A stretch of DNA of 26,480 nt from an uncultured delta proteobacterium (GTDB lineage Bacteria > Desulfobacterota > Syntrophobacteria > BM002), in contig CAVQGX010000069.1 of the NCBI GenBank assembly GCA_963712115.1, forward strand, positions 1-26,480. Reading direction: 5' to 3'. A program made the translations under genes and the position numbers. The notes under the pieces were generated by a model, which was not told the origin of the DNA, did not search any database, and saw nothing but the letters and a program-made list of their open reading frames with translations. Of the stretch, positions 7,430-16,731 are shown in pieces. Positions within the stretch are counted from its first letter, which is position 1, and the number at the start of each line of letters is the position of its first letter.

Positions 7430-9043
7430 CTAAAAACCGTATCTTTGCATCTTCTTCATTAGCCCATATCGGCTCAATCCGAGCTCTCCGGCCACTCTCG
7501 TCCTGTTCCCGCCATGTTTTTCGAGCGCTTGCGTCAGCACGGATTTTTCCAGGGCTACAACCATCTCCTTGAGAGTTCCCTTCATTTTAACTTCAGGGCT
7601 AACCGCTGCAGATTTTTTTACTATTTTTTCCGTAAGATGTAAGGGCCCAATTAATCCTACATCCTGTGCCAGGGCCACTGCCCTTTCAATCTCGTTTTCC
7701 AGTTCTCTTACGTTACCTGGAAAGGGATAGGCTTCAAGGCAGTGCAACGCTTCCGGGCTCAAACCCTTAGGGGAGCTGTCGATTTTTTGGCTGTATTTTT
7801 TGGCGAAGTGGTTGGCGAGAAGACAAATGTCACCAGTCCTCTCGCGCAGTGGTGGAACTTTGACGGTAAACACATTTAGACGGTAAAGGAGATCCTCTCT
7901 GAAGTTACCCTGGGCCACTTCCTCTTCCAAATTCCTGTTAGTTGCAGAGATAACTCTAGTATTCACCGTCTTATGATAATCAGCTCCCAATGGTCTTACC
8001 TCACCATCTTGCAGGACTCGCAAAAGACTGGTTTGCATAACCGGCGACATTTCTCCTACTTCATCAAGAAAGATTGTCCCCCCGTCGGCAATTTCAAAAA
8101 GTCCCTTTTTGTCTGCCACGGCACCGGTAAAGGATCCTTTCTTGTGACCAAAGAGTTCGCTGGTAAGTAAAGTCTCCGGAATACCTCCGCAGTTTTGCGA
8201 GACAAAGGCTCTGTTCTTTCTGGGGCTGTTGTAATGAATACATCGGGCAATAAGTTCTTTTCCCGTTCCTGTTTCTCCCTCTATCAAGACTGTTATGTCC
8301 AAATTCATTACTTTTTCACACAATTTGAACAAGTCAATCATCACTTTACTATTGCCGATTATCTCTTCAAAACTGAAACGTTTCTCGATCTCCTGTCTAA
8401 GAAGAATGTTTTCTTCTTTAGTGTGCCTGAGCAGTTTATCCTTCTCCTCATCTATAGCTTGCAATTCCTGGTATGCCTCGTCTAGCTCTGCATACATTCG
8501 GGCATTATCTAGGGCCATGGCTATTATCGGCGTCAGTGTTGTGACAAAAGTGATGTCTTCTTGGTCAAAAATTCCCTTCTTTTTATTGAGAACCTCGAGA
8601 ACGCCAACAGTTTTATCTTTCTTTTGCAGGGGTGCGGCTATCATCGAACTTGTCTTAAAACCGGTGGAATGGTCAATCTCCTTGTAATGGCGAGGATCCC
8701 CCTCAATATTGGAGATTAACTCGGCTTTTCCACTTTTGAACACGCTACCTGCAATGCCTTTGTCCGCAGGAAAGCGAATCTCTTTCAACTTAGTTACTAG
8801 GCCATTGGGATCACTCTCCGCCCAGCAAAAAACAAATTCATTTTTTGGACCGTCATGCAAAATTACAGAGACCCCTTCCGCCTCCATAACTTCCTTCATC
8901 TGCTTGATTATGTGTAATATGAGATCGTCTATATTCAGATACTGATAGAGAGACTGACTTATGTCCCAAAGCGTTTTCATCACACCAGCTTTAGAGCTAA
9001 CTGGGCTGTCGCTTTGCTTCTTTGCTTTTCTCTTTCTTGTCAT
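7430..9043 (-). CDS. GAF-domain sigma54-dependent transcriptional activator (NifA/FhlA-like architecture)
   Basis: GAF, coiled coil, AAA+ (GETGTGKE, ELFGHKKGSFTGA, FLDEV, FREDLLYRLN, FPGNVRELEN) and a Fis-type HTH. ATG 9043 has a GAGGTG RBS; the ORF track starts at GTG 9052. Confidence 0.95.
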   Translation of the reverse strand: MTRKRKAKKQSDSPVSSKAGVMKTLWDISQSLYQYLNIDDLILHIIKQMKEVMEAEGVSVILHDGPKNEFVFCWAESDPNGLVTKLKEIRFPADKGIAGSVFKSGKAELISNIEGDPRHYKEIDHSTGFKTSSMIAAPLQKKDKTVGVLEVLNKKKGIFDQEDITFVTTLTPIIAMALDNARMYAELDEAYQELQAIDEEKDKLLRHTKEENILLRQEIEKRFSFEEIIGNSKVMIDLFKLCEKVMNLDITVLIEGETGTGKELIARCIHYNSPRKNRAFVSQNCGGIPETLLTSELFGHKKGSFTGAVADKKGLFEIADGGTIFLDEVGEMSPVMQTSLLRVLQDGEVRPLGADYHKTVNTRVISATNRNLEEEVAQGNFREDLLYRLNVFTVKVPPLRERTGDICLLANHFAKKYSQKIDSSPKGLSPEALHCLEAYPFPGNVRELENEIERAVALAQDVGLIGPLHLTEKIVKKSAAVSPEVKMKGTLKEMVVALEKSVLTQALEKHGGNRTRVAGELGLSRYGLMKKMQRYGF

Positions 9044-9133
9044 CGTAGACACCTCAGGGACTCTATCGAGGTAATGGAGTAAAGGTATTGAACTCTGGAC
9101 CTGCCTCTCCTAGCCGTAAGCTCTACCCTTTAT

Positions 9134-9571
9134 CTAAACCGCCATGGCTATACCGTATAGACTTCCTAAATGTGCTCCTTGATCCAGGAGGTGAATGAGG
9201 AACCAGGGCCATATCTTGCCCATATTCATCTTCTCTGCTTCCTTGTTCTTTCCAGATATCCAACCAATTAACTCTGAACGTTTCACATGGATCCTGCCAG
9301 GGCCGTATAGCTTCACTTCGACTCTACATCGCAAGAAATCTATAGCGAAGTGAAGGACTAGAACCAAAAGGGCCCCCTTTATCCAGAGCTTACCCAATAC
9401 GAGCAGAAACAGACCCGCAAACAGTCCATGGACCGCACTATGGTAGCTGATTGCTAGAATTTGGTCCGACAGCCCTTGGCTGCGCTTGAGAACAGCAAGT
9501 TTATAGGAGGTAAAAACTGCGTCCCCCATCACATGGGATGCGAGAAGGAGGAAGAAGGTGCTTAGAGTCAT
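9134..9571 (-). CDS. DUF3307-like membrane protein
   Basis: LLLASHVMGDAVF, HSAVH, LHFAIDF and LDQGAHL His/Asp motifs within hydrophobic helices. ATG 9571 preferred over GTG 9628. Confidence 0.78.
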   Translation of the reverse strand: MTLSTFFLLLASHVMGDAVFTSYKLAVLKRSQGLSDQILAISYHSAVHGLFAGLFLLVLGKLWIKGALLVLVLHFAIDFLRCRVEVKLYGPGRIHVKRSELIGWISGKNKEAEKMNMGKIWPWFLIHLLDQGAHLGSLYGIAMAV

Positions 9572-9667
9572 ACCACTGACCAGAGTGCAGAAACGGTATT
9601 TACTTTTGGTGAATGAGCTGCGCCTCACCTTCGCTAAAACCGGCTCGCAGCGCCTAGAGCTTGGAGA

Positions 9668-9721
9668 GAAGGGCGGTCATATCTGCGGTGGGAGCAGCCG
9701 ATTCGTGAATTATCCGGGCTA
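9668..9721 (+). repeat. Truncated (right-end only) copy of the 184-nt palindromic element
   Basis: GAAGGGCGGTCATATCTGCGGTGGGAGCAGCCGATTCGTGAATTATCCGGGCTA aligns with the right ends of the full copies. Confidence 0.8.
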
Positions 9722-9771
9722 CAGCCGATGGAGAGTTTGTTTGGATTAGATGTGCTCCAGCCTTTACTAAA

Positions 9772-10008
9772 CTACTTCAATCTCTTGTTGAATTCCTCCA
9801 CTTTCTTCTCAAGGTTGCTGACCACGCTTCTGACCTTGTTCAAGACTGCTGCTGCCTTCTGGTCGTCCACCGAGGCCGGGTCAACCCCGCTTATGGCTTC
9901 TCCAATCTCTGTAACCGCCTCACTGAGAAGAATATTTAGCTGCTCGGCGGCTTCCAGCTGTTTCTGCATCAAAATAATATCCTGAACTGTAAGTGTGCGT
10001 TGTGACAC
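9772..10008 (-). CDS. Small helical/coiled-coil hypothetical protein (78 aa)
   Basis: GGGAG RBS before GTG, amphipathic helical sequence, co-oriented with its neighbours. Confidence 0.65.
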   Translation of the reverse strand: MSQRTLTVQDIILMQKQLEAAEQLNILLSEAVTEIGEAISGVDPASVDDQKAAAVLNKVRSVVSNLEKKVEEFNKRLK

Positions 10009-10127
10009 AGTCGGCTCCCTTTATAGATTAGTAGCTAGGAGTCTGGTGGGCTGGAAATCTTGTTTAGATTGTGGCTAATGGATACCTTAGCACATGTAAG
10101 TAGAATTGGTCAAAAGAGATTTGTGGC

Positions 10128-10311
10128 TAGCCCGGGCATATCATGAATTGTCGTCGGGAGACCGTGAAGATGGACGGGCCACCAGGCAACCGCAGGGGGT
10201 TGGACCCGAGGCGTACCTAAATGGTACGTCGCAGGGTTCGGCACCCGAGGACGCCTGGAAGGCCGGCCATATCCTCGGTCGCAGCAGACGATTCATGATA
10301 TGTCCGGGCTA
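10128..10311 (+). mobile_element. 184-nt rod-like palindromic element (MITE/REPIN-like), copy 1
   Basis: TIR TAGCCCGGGCATATCATGAAT / ATTCATGATATGTCCGGGCTA; central CGTACC-N5-GGTACG hairpin. The right end overlaps the TAG of the hybrid kinase. Confidence 0.9.
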
Positions 10312-12759
10312 ATCTCGATCCAGAACTTCCCGCACAACATTCAACATCTGTCTGATGTCATAGGGCTTGCTAACAAAGCCCTTAGCCCCGTTTCTCAGGA
10401 TTTCTCTGGTGGGCCCATCGGGGGAGTAGCCGCTGGCAATGGCTACCCTTGCTTCAGGGTTGACTTTCAAAAGCTCTAGGAGGCAGCGTTTGCCCCCCAT
10501 GCCTGGCATTATTAGATCTAGAATTACCAGGGCAATCTTGTCGCGCTCTTCTTGGTAGAGCTGTAAACCGCTCTCGCCGTCAGCAGCGGTGAGAACTGTG
10601 TAGCCAAATTCCTCAAGGATCTGAGCGCCAAGGATGCGAATTGGTTCCTCGTCGTCCACCAAAAGAATGGTCTCTGTGCCCCCTCGAGAAATGGTTGCCG
10701 CCTCCTGTGGTCTGACAATTTTGCCCATAAACTCGATGGCTGGGAGATAAATCTTGAAGGTGGTGCCCTCAGCCGGTTCACTGTAGCAGGTTATGTGGCC
10801 GTTGTGGCTTTTGACAATTCCATAAACCGTGGCCAGACCAAGGCCGGTGCCTCTACCGGTTTCTTTGGTTGTATAGAAGGGTTCAAAGATGTGTTCTAAG
10901 GTCTTTCTGTTCATGCCGTGACCGGTATCGGAGACTGTAAGCTGGACATATTCACCGGGTTGGGCCAGGTGATGCATCATGCAGTAGTTCTCATCCAGAG
11001 TCACATTAGCCGTTTCGACAATGAACTTACCCCCCTCTGGCATGGCATCCTTGGCATTTACCGCTAAGTTCATCAGGATTTGCTCCACCTGTCCAGGGTC
11101 TGCGTTGACGATTTTGAGGTCCTCGGCCAGACGGAACTCCATATGGATCATCTTGGGAATAGTCCTCTCTAACAATAGCCTCACACTCTCCACTTCGTGG
11201 TTCAGGTCAATGGGGCGCAGTTCGCTTTCTACTTTGCGACTGAAGGTGAGTAACTGTTGAGTGAGATCCGCCCCTCTTTCGGCGGCTCGAATAATTTGAC
11301 TGAGTTCTCGCTGACCAGAGTCTTCCTTGCCTTTTCTCATTTGAAGCAACTGGGCATAGCCCTGAACCGCTTGCAGCAGGTTGTTGAAGTCGTGGGCAAT
11401 GCCGCCGGCGAGGGTTCCTACAGCTTCCATCTTCTGAGCCTGACGGAACTGGGCCTGCATTTGTTCTTTTTCCTTTTCCGCCTCCTTGCGCTCAGTGATA
11501 TCTCGAGCGAAGGCACAGTTGTATTCTTTTCCCTTGAATTCGAGGTAATTTACCGTTATCTCCACAGGGAAGATCCTTCCACCTTTGGTACGATGTTGGG
11601 ATTCGATTATGAATGAACCTTTTGCTCTAACCTCCTTCCAATGTTCTGCCCACACAGCCACGGGAAAGCTCGGATCTATGTCATGCACCGTCATGGAGAG
11701 CAGTTCGTCCGGCGAGTAACCGAGAGATGAGCAAGCTGCATCATTGACAAAGATAAATCTCGCATCAGACCCCATCCAGAACACGGCGTCTCCAGCGTTG
11801 TCAACGGAAAACTGCGTAAGCCTGAGGGTTTCTTCAACCCTTTTGCGCTCGTAAATCTCAGCCCGCAATTCCTCATTGATGAGAGAAAGTTCAGCAGTCT
11901 TAGCCTTTACCTGCGCCCTCAAGATCAGGCCCGTTCCCAAAAACAGCACGATTAATCCGCCTGCCAATGCCAATAACGGTACGAACCATCTTGGCAATGT
12001 CCAGTGGGCATTTTGGGGTGTCCATTTGTCCAGTGATTGATGGTAGATCGATCCTTTGTCTGCTTTCAAGGGTGCCAGATGTTTGTCTATGGCACGGATA
12101 AGTTCGCCGTGCTTTTTCTTTGGCACGGCAAAATGGATATCTGCTGGACTTAGGATAATAGGGCTTCTACTTACCTTGTTGTATTTTTCAAATTCTAAAC
12201 CATATAATCGATCTATAACTCCAGCATCAACTCTTTTGCTGGAAACTAATTCCAGAACAGCATCATATTCGTAAGCTTCTATAAATCTACATTTGAGCTT
12301 GAATTGTTCAGCAAGTTTTCTGAGATTGTAATAATGTATGTCGTTATGAACAACTGCTATCTTTTTATTATCCAAATTGACTATCTGATTTATGTCAGAT
12401 TTTTTTTGAGTATAGATAATGCCCCAATCTGAAGATACATTTTCGTAGGTGAAGTCATATACTTTATTTCTTGCTCTCGAGTATTCGATGCCAACCAATA
12501 GATCGATCTCTTCCCTCTCGAGCCTCTCAAGACAATCTGTCAAGCTGCCCGGGACATAGTCTATTTTCCACTTCTCTTTGGAGCTGATGTACTCGAGGAT
12601 ATCAATGAGAAAGCCTTCCACCTTACCGTCATTTCCCACGGATACCAGTGGATAGTTGTCATAGACTCCTACCCTCAGCTGTTTATTACCGTGAACAGGA
12701 TGGGGGAGAGCAAGTTGTAAAATGACGATACAAAACAATACAAGTATGGACTTCCCCAT
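10309..12759 (-). CDS. Hybrid sensor histidine kinase/response regulator (periplasmic SBP family 3 - TM - PAS - HisKA - HATPase - REC), 816 aa
   Basis: LRVGVYDNYPL binding-protein domain, TM helix, PAS, LAGGIAHDFNNLL, NLAVNAKDAM, FEPFYTTK..GRGTGLGL, ILLVDDEE..ILDLIMP. ATG 12759 has an RBS and signal peptide; the longer ORF-track start runs through a repeat. Confidence 0.95.
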   Translation of the reverse strand: MGKSILVLFCIVILQLALPHPVHGNKQLRVGVYDNYPLVSVGNDGKVEGFLIDILEYISSKEKWKIDYVPGSLTDCLERLEREEIDLLVGIEYSRARNKVYDFTYENVSSDWGIIYTQKKSDINQIVNLDNKKIAVVHNDIHYYNLRKLAEQFKLKCRFIEAYEYDAVLELVSSKRVDAGVIDRLYGLEFEKYNKVSRSPIILSPADIHFAVPKKKHGELIRAIDKHLAPLKADKGSIYHQSLDKWTPQNAHWTLPRWFVPLLALAGGLIVLFLGTGLILRAQVKAKTAELSLINEELRAEIYERKRVEETLRLTQFSVDNAGDAVFWMGSDARFIFVNDAACSSLGYSPDELLSMTVHDIDPSFPVAVWAEHWKEVRAKGSFIIESQHRTKGGRIFPVEITVNYLEFKGKEYNCAFARDITERKEAEKEKEQMQAQFRQAQKMEAVGTLAGGIAHDFNNLLQAVQGYAQLLQMRKGKEDSGQRELSQIIRAAERGADLTQQLLTFSRKVESELRPIDLNHEVESVRLLLERTIPKMIHMEFRLAEDLKIVNADPGQVEQILMNLAVNAKDAMPEGGKFIVETANVTLDENYCMMHHLAQPGEYVQLTVSDTGHGMNRKTLEHIFEPFYTTKETGRGTGLGLATVYGIVKSHNGHITCYSEPAEGTTFKIYLPAIEFMGKIVRPQEAATISRGGTETILLVDDEEPIRILGAQILEEFGYTVLTAADGESGLQLYQEERDKIALVILDLIMPGMGGKRCLLELLKVNPEARVAIASGYSPDGPTREILRNGAKGFVSKPYDIRQMLNVVREVLDRD

Positions 12760-12797
12760 GGACCCCTCTTTTGGTCGAATGGCAGTCTTTACTTTTT

Positions 12798-12992
12798 TAA
12801 CCCGGATATTTAATGAATTGCCGTCGGGAGACCACGAAGATGGGCGTGCCACCTGGCAACCGTCCCGCGGTAGCGCGGGATTGGTCCCGAGGCGTACCTG
12901 AACGGTACGTCGCAGGGGCCGACACCCGAGTACGCCAGGAAGGACGGCCATATCCGTGGTCGCAGCAGGTGATTCATCAAATATCCGGGTTA
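12798..12992 (+). mobile_element. Palindromic element copy 2 (195 nt, with an extra internal hairpin)
   Basis: TIR TAACCCGGATATTTAATGAAT / ATTCATCAAATATCCGGGTTA; internal TCCCGCG-GTAG-CGCGGGA at 12863-12880. Confidence 0.9.
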
Positions 12993-13016
12993 GGTGAGAT
13001 AACTTGAAGAGATCTA

Positions 13017-13031
13017 GCATGTTCCATGCCA
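13017..13031 (-). promoter_or_regulatory. Candidate sigma54 promoter for the hybrid kinase
   Basis: TGGCAT-GGAAC-ATGC with correct GG-N10-GC spacing. Confidence 0.55.
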
Positions 13032-13085
13032 GCAGAGACCATGAGACGCCCAGTAAAATCGTTGCCTTTTATAAAGGGGCACTCG

Positions 13086-13138
13086 CCCTGTTAAATTCCG
13101 ACCATAGGCGGACCCTGCGAAGCAGTAATTTAACAGGG
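13086..13138. repeat. Short palindromic REP-like element with internal mini-hairpins; may also terminate thiL
   Basis: Perfect 12-bp IR CCCTGTTAAATT / AATTTAACAGGG enclosing CCG..CGG and CTGC-GAA-GCAG hairpins. Confidence 0.7.
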
Positions 13139-13180
13139 TAAAGGGGATTTCAATCTTTGGTAGGGAGCAGAAAGAGTTGG

Positions 13181-14176
13181 CTATTTAAAATGATCCCATC
13201 CGCTCGCTCCGATCGTCTCAAGGGAATTTTCCCTGGTCCTGAGTTTCAAACCAGGTTCGGCTACCATATGCCCTATCTGGTAGAATTCGCACCCCTCGGA
13301 CTCCAGAGCCGCTCGAAGATCTGCGGCCAAGCCTGGAACCACTGTCCCCAGCAGGACATAGTCCTCTCCTACATGGAGCGAAAGATGGTTTGAGTCTTCA
13401 TGGAATCTGCTACAGTAGTCCCTAAACTTCTCGGTGGTGGGGATCATTCTCTCTTCGACGATGGCACCTAGCTTTGATTCTCTGCAGATGTGACCTAGGT
13501 CTGCGGCAACACCGTCTGACACATCAATCAAGGAGTGGGCCATCTTCATGCTTGCAATGATGCGGCCCGCTTTTACGTGGGGATAGGGGTTATGATGAGC
13601 CTCTATCAGATCCTCCCATCCCTCGATCTCTCTTCCCTTTAGGATCAGGTCAAGACCTGCAGCCGAAGAGCCCACGGGCCCAGTTAGAAAAATCAAGTCT
13701 CCTTTGCCGGCCCCGGATCTATAGAGAATCTCATCCTCTATAGCTTCACCCACGAGGGCAATGTTGATCACCAAGTGTTCTGGAGATGAAGTGGTGTCAC
13801 CCCCTAGGAGATTCACCTCAAATTCTTTTGCCATAGATTTCATGCCATCGTAAATACCATCTAAAACTGCTAAATCTACCTTATCGGGGATGGCAATGGA
13901 GATTACCGCCTCCCTTGGAGTCCCGCCCATTGCGGCGATGTCGGATAAGTTGACCGCCAACGACTTTCTCCCAAGTTCGTAAGGGGATATCGCGCTTAAG
14001 AGGAAGTGAATCTTCTCCACCAGCATGTCGGTTGTCAGCAGGATGGCCATTTCCCCGGAGGTCTTGAACACGGAGCAATCATCTCCAATCCCTCGAATGA
14101 CGTTTCCGTCTCTAATAAGACAGCCCCTCTCGATCCGCTTAATAAAACCGAATTCACCAATGTCTTTTAGTTTCAC
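13181..14176 (-). CDS. thiL: Thiamine-monophosphate kinase
   Basis: IGEFGFI, GIGDDC, TTDMLVE..HF, AVNLSDIAAMGG, GGDTT, IDVSDG, GEDYVL and GWDHF motifs. Confidence 0.97.
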   Translation of the reverse strand: MKLKDIGEFGFIKRIERGCLIRDGNVIRGIGDDCSVFKTSGEMAILLTTDMLVEKIHFLLSAISPYELGRKSLAVNLSDIAAMGGTPREAVISIAIPDKVDLAVLDGIYDGMKSMAKEFEVNLLGGDTTSSPEHLVINIALVGEAIEDEILYRSGAGKGDLIFLTGPVGSSAAGLDLILKGREIEGWEDLIEAHHNPYPHVKAGRIIASMKMAHSLIDVSDGVAADLGHICRESKLGAIVEERMIPTTEKFRDYCSRFHEDSNHLSLHVGEDYVLLGTVVPGLAADLRAALESEGCEFYQIGHMVAEPGLKLRTRENSLETIGASGWDHFK

Positions 14177-14234
14177 TGCACCCTCACTGCTCTATACCTT
14201 TTGATGGATTCACCCTACCGCTTCCTTGGCCAAG

Positions 14235-14369
14235 GATGTGTGATGTGAGATTTGAGATGTGGAATTATCCGGCTACCTCGTCAACTTTTTCCCATCTCAC
14301 ATGGAACATCGCACATTCTACATCAGGTATTTTACTCTTTTTAGTGCCTAGTTCTTAGTGTCTAGTGCC
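14235..14369. repeat. Heptamer tandem arrays: (GATGTGA)x4 / (TCACATC)x5 inverted pair, plus (TAGTGCC)x4
   Basis: Degenerate period-7 units at 14235-14262, their reverse complement at 14290-14324, and a second unit type at 14342-14369. Confidence 0.8.
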
Positions 14370-14405
14370 TAAGTGGCTGCTGGTAACTGACTGCCTCTTG
14401 CCTAG

Positions 14406-15053
14406 TTACAGCCCCTTCGCCCTCATGACTTCTTTTTTGATCGCTTCGGCGGCTGCTCTCGGATTCTCCCGCGAACATATAGCGGAGACCACTGCAACCC
14501 CGTCCAACCCGGCCTTGACCGCCTCGTATGCGTTGGATTCGCTCATTGAACCAATCCCCACAACAGGGATTTTCACCGCTTCCTTTAAAAGATGTATACC
14601 TTTTATGCCTAGGTGCTGGGTAAGCTCCGGTTTGGTTTCTGTTACGAATATGGGCGACAAGCCCAAATAGTCGGCTCCCAATGCCTCTGCTATTTTAGCC
14701 TCCTCCGGCGTGAATACCGAAGCACCGATGATCTTTTGTGGCCCGAGTATCTTCCGGGCTGCGTCGATCGGCATGTCTTCCTGGCCTAAGTGTACGCCTT
14801 CAGCATCCAAGGCAAGAGCCATGTCGATTCGGTCATTTATGATCAGGGGTATATCTCTGGCTTTCAAATAAGCTCTTATCTTTAAACCTTCTTGGTAAAA
14901 CTCTTTGGTAGTTGCCTCTTTTTCTCTGAGCTGAACGAGAGTAACCCCCCCTCTCACTGCCGCCTGAATGACCTCAAGATTGCTGCGGCCAAGGGAGAGA
15001 GCTCTATCTGTCACCAGATATAGGGAGTAATCCACTTTCTTTTTATCATACAT
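14406..15053 (-). CDS. thiE: Thiamine-phosphate synthase
   Basis: LYLVTD, GGVTLVQLREK, LIINDRID, GVHLGQEDM, GADYLG, TETK and AVVSAI motifs. ATG 15053 chosen as the start. Confidence 0.97.
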   Translation of the reverse strand: MYDKKKVDYSLYLVTDRALSLGRSNLEVIQAAVRGGVTLVQLREKEATTKEFYQEGLKIRAYLKARDIPLIINDRIDMALALDAEGVHLGQEDMPIDAARKILGPQKIIGASVFTPEEAKIAEALGADYLGLSPIFVTETKPELTQHLGIKGIHLLKEAVKIPVVGIGSMSESNAYEAVKAGLDGVAVVSAICSRENPRAAAEAIKKEVMRAKGL

Positions 15054-15281
15054 TGCAATATCTGTGACCTCCTCTCGCCTTCCATGGTTTGAATCATTCC
15101 TTGACCTCTTCAAGATAGATCTTTAGCACTTCCCTCCTCCTTTCAGGGTGCAGCTCTCTATAGTTAATGATATATATTGCATTTATTGTCAAAACCCTAG
15201 GGCTCGGTTTCACTTGCAATCTACAACGTGTTTTTGTAAGTTTAGTGAAAAATCACTGGGGTTAACCTCGAAAAACCTCCT

Positions 15282-15923
15282 ATGGCTATATATTCAGAAG
15301 CAGAATTAGATGTAAAGGCGAAAGCGACTGTTTTTTCACTTGACCGTAATCTTGAGCGTACCAATGTTGTCAGGGAAATCTCCAATACCTACATCAGATT
15401 TTGTGAGACTTCAGAAGCAAAAAAGCGATTTATAAAACCCCGTAAAATCACTGAAGGAGTAGAGTTAAGACTTCTTTTTGAATCGCTTTGTTTTGCTATT
15501 TTTCTTACAACTAAAGTAACACCCAGGTATATTTCGACAAAAAGACTCATTATAAAGAAAGTAAATCATGAACTCGTGCGTTATTATAACGCCAGGGCTG
15601 CACAACATCTTATAAAACTATGCCACGATCTCGGTATGACCAAGCTAAGCGAGATCGTTTTAATTTCTTCATCCCCTGAAATTAAAATTAAGCATGGTGA
15701 TCCTTTACACCCCATGACGCGTCTAAAAGAATACTCGGAATGCCAGGGAAGAAAACGTGGAACAGAGGTACTACACTTTGGCAGAAACATAGGTAAGGCG
15801 CTTGACCCCTTCAATTGTCAAGCCCTTGAGACACTGTGGAGCGAGCTGGTGAAAACTCTGACCAAACTGACTGACAAAGTATTGAGTGAGGTCTTTAAGC
15901 CAACAGTCAAGCTGAGAGCATGA
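15282..15923 (+). CDS. Hypothetical protein (213 aa)
   Basis: Long ORF filling the gap, visibly more AT-rich than its neighbours, with no recognisable motif. Confidence 0.7.
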   Translation: MAIYSEAELDVKAKATVFSLDRNLERTNVVREISNTYIRFCETSEAKKRFIKPRKITEGVELRLLFESLCFAIFLTTKVTPRYISTKRLIIKKVNHELVRYYNARAAQHLIKLCHDLGMTKLSEIVLISSSPEIKIKHGDPLHPMTRLKEYSECQGRKRGTEVLHFGRNIGKALDPFNCQALETLWSELVKTLTKLTDKVLSEVFKPTVKLRA

Positions 15924-16097
15924 TCTCCACCTATTACCCTGGCATAGTAGTTGCAAAGTTTGTCATCCTTGACCAGTTTTGCCTCCATCAAATGAACAGT
16001 ATTGTACACTTCATAATTGCCGTCATTTCAACATTTTGTAGATTATTAATTGTTCTTGGGCACCGGGGTGGGGCTATAAAGCTACATCAATGGAGGT

Positions 16098-16481
16098 ATG
16101 ACTTTGGATACCAGTGAGTGGACTGAGACGCGAAAGCACCCAAGAAGTAAAGGTAGCTGGCCCGTAGTCATAATTACTGATCGAGGGGCCCTGATTGCAG
16201 AAACGAGAAACATAAGCCCTTTGGGAGCATTTATTTTCTGTGACCGCCCGCTTCCGGTCGAAGAAAAGATCCGGGTTCTCATCATGTTTCCCAATCAACG
16301 CTACCTGGATATCGCTGCCGAGGTAACATGGTCGTATCCCTACGGATCTTACAAAGACGATCCCCCTTGCGGTATGGGCGTGCGATTCACCGAGATCTCG
16401 AAGGCTGACCGGGATTTCATTTCTTCCTTGTCCTCGGGCTACCTGAAAACAGAACTCGAAAAAGGTACCTTCATAGATTAG
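16098..16481 (+). CDS. PilZ-domain protein (c-di-GMP receptor)
   Basis: RKHPR (RxxxR) and NISPLG ([D/N]xSxxG) motifs, AEVTW and GMGVRF. Confidence 0.9.
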   Translation: MTLDTSEWTETRKHPRSKGSWPVVIITDRGALIAETRNISPLGAFIFCDRPLPVEEKIRVLIMFPNQRYLDIAAEVTWSYPYGSYKDDPPCGMGVRFTEISKADRDFISSLSSGYLKTELEKGTFID

Positions 16482-16508
16482 CCGACTCATCATTGTTTTT
16501 TCATCATC

Positions 16509-16536
16509 TATCATTTCGCATCTCACATCTCACATA
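16509..16536. repeat. Heptamer array (TCACATC-like)x4
   Basis: TATCATT TCGCATC TCACATC TCACATA; same unit as at 14290-14324. Confidence 0.65.
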
Positions 16537-16547
16537 TTATTCTCTCT

Positions 16548-16731
16548 TAACCCGGATATTTCCTGAATTGCTGTCGCGAGACCGCGAAGATGGGCGTGCC
16601 ACCTGGCAACCGGAGGGTGTTGGTCCCGAGGCGTACCTGAACGGTACGTCGCAGGGGCCGACACCCGAGGACGCCTGGAAGGACGGCCATATCCGTGGTC
16701 GCAGCAGGTGATTCAGAAAATATCCGGGTTA
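16548..16731 (+). mobile_element. Palindromic element copy 3 (184 nt)
   Basis: TIR TAACCCGGATATTTCCTGAAT / ATTCAGAAAATATCCGGGTTA. The right end overlaps the TAA of thiM. Confidence 0.9.

Noticed and set aside
10106-10312. Apparent small protein family (DREDGRAT.QP.GVGPEAYLNGTSQG) at 10106, 16493 and 20848, plus 12813..13007
   Set aside because: These are translations of the palindromic repeat. Starts and stops differ between copies, copy 2 is frameshifted, and the changes follow base pairing rather than codons.
12760-13020. 87-aa N-terminal extension of the hybrid kinase
   Set aside because: It runs through repeat copy 2; the RBS and signal peptide are at ATG 12759.
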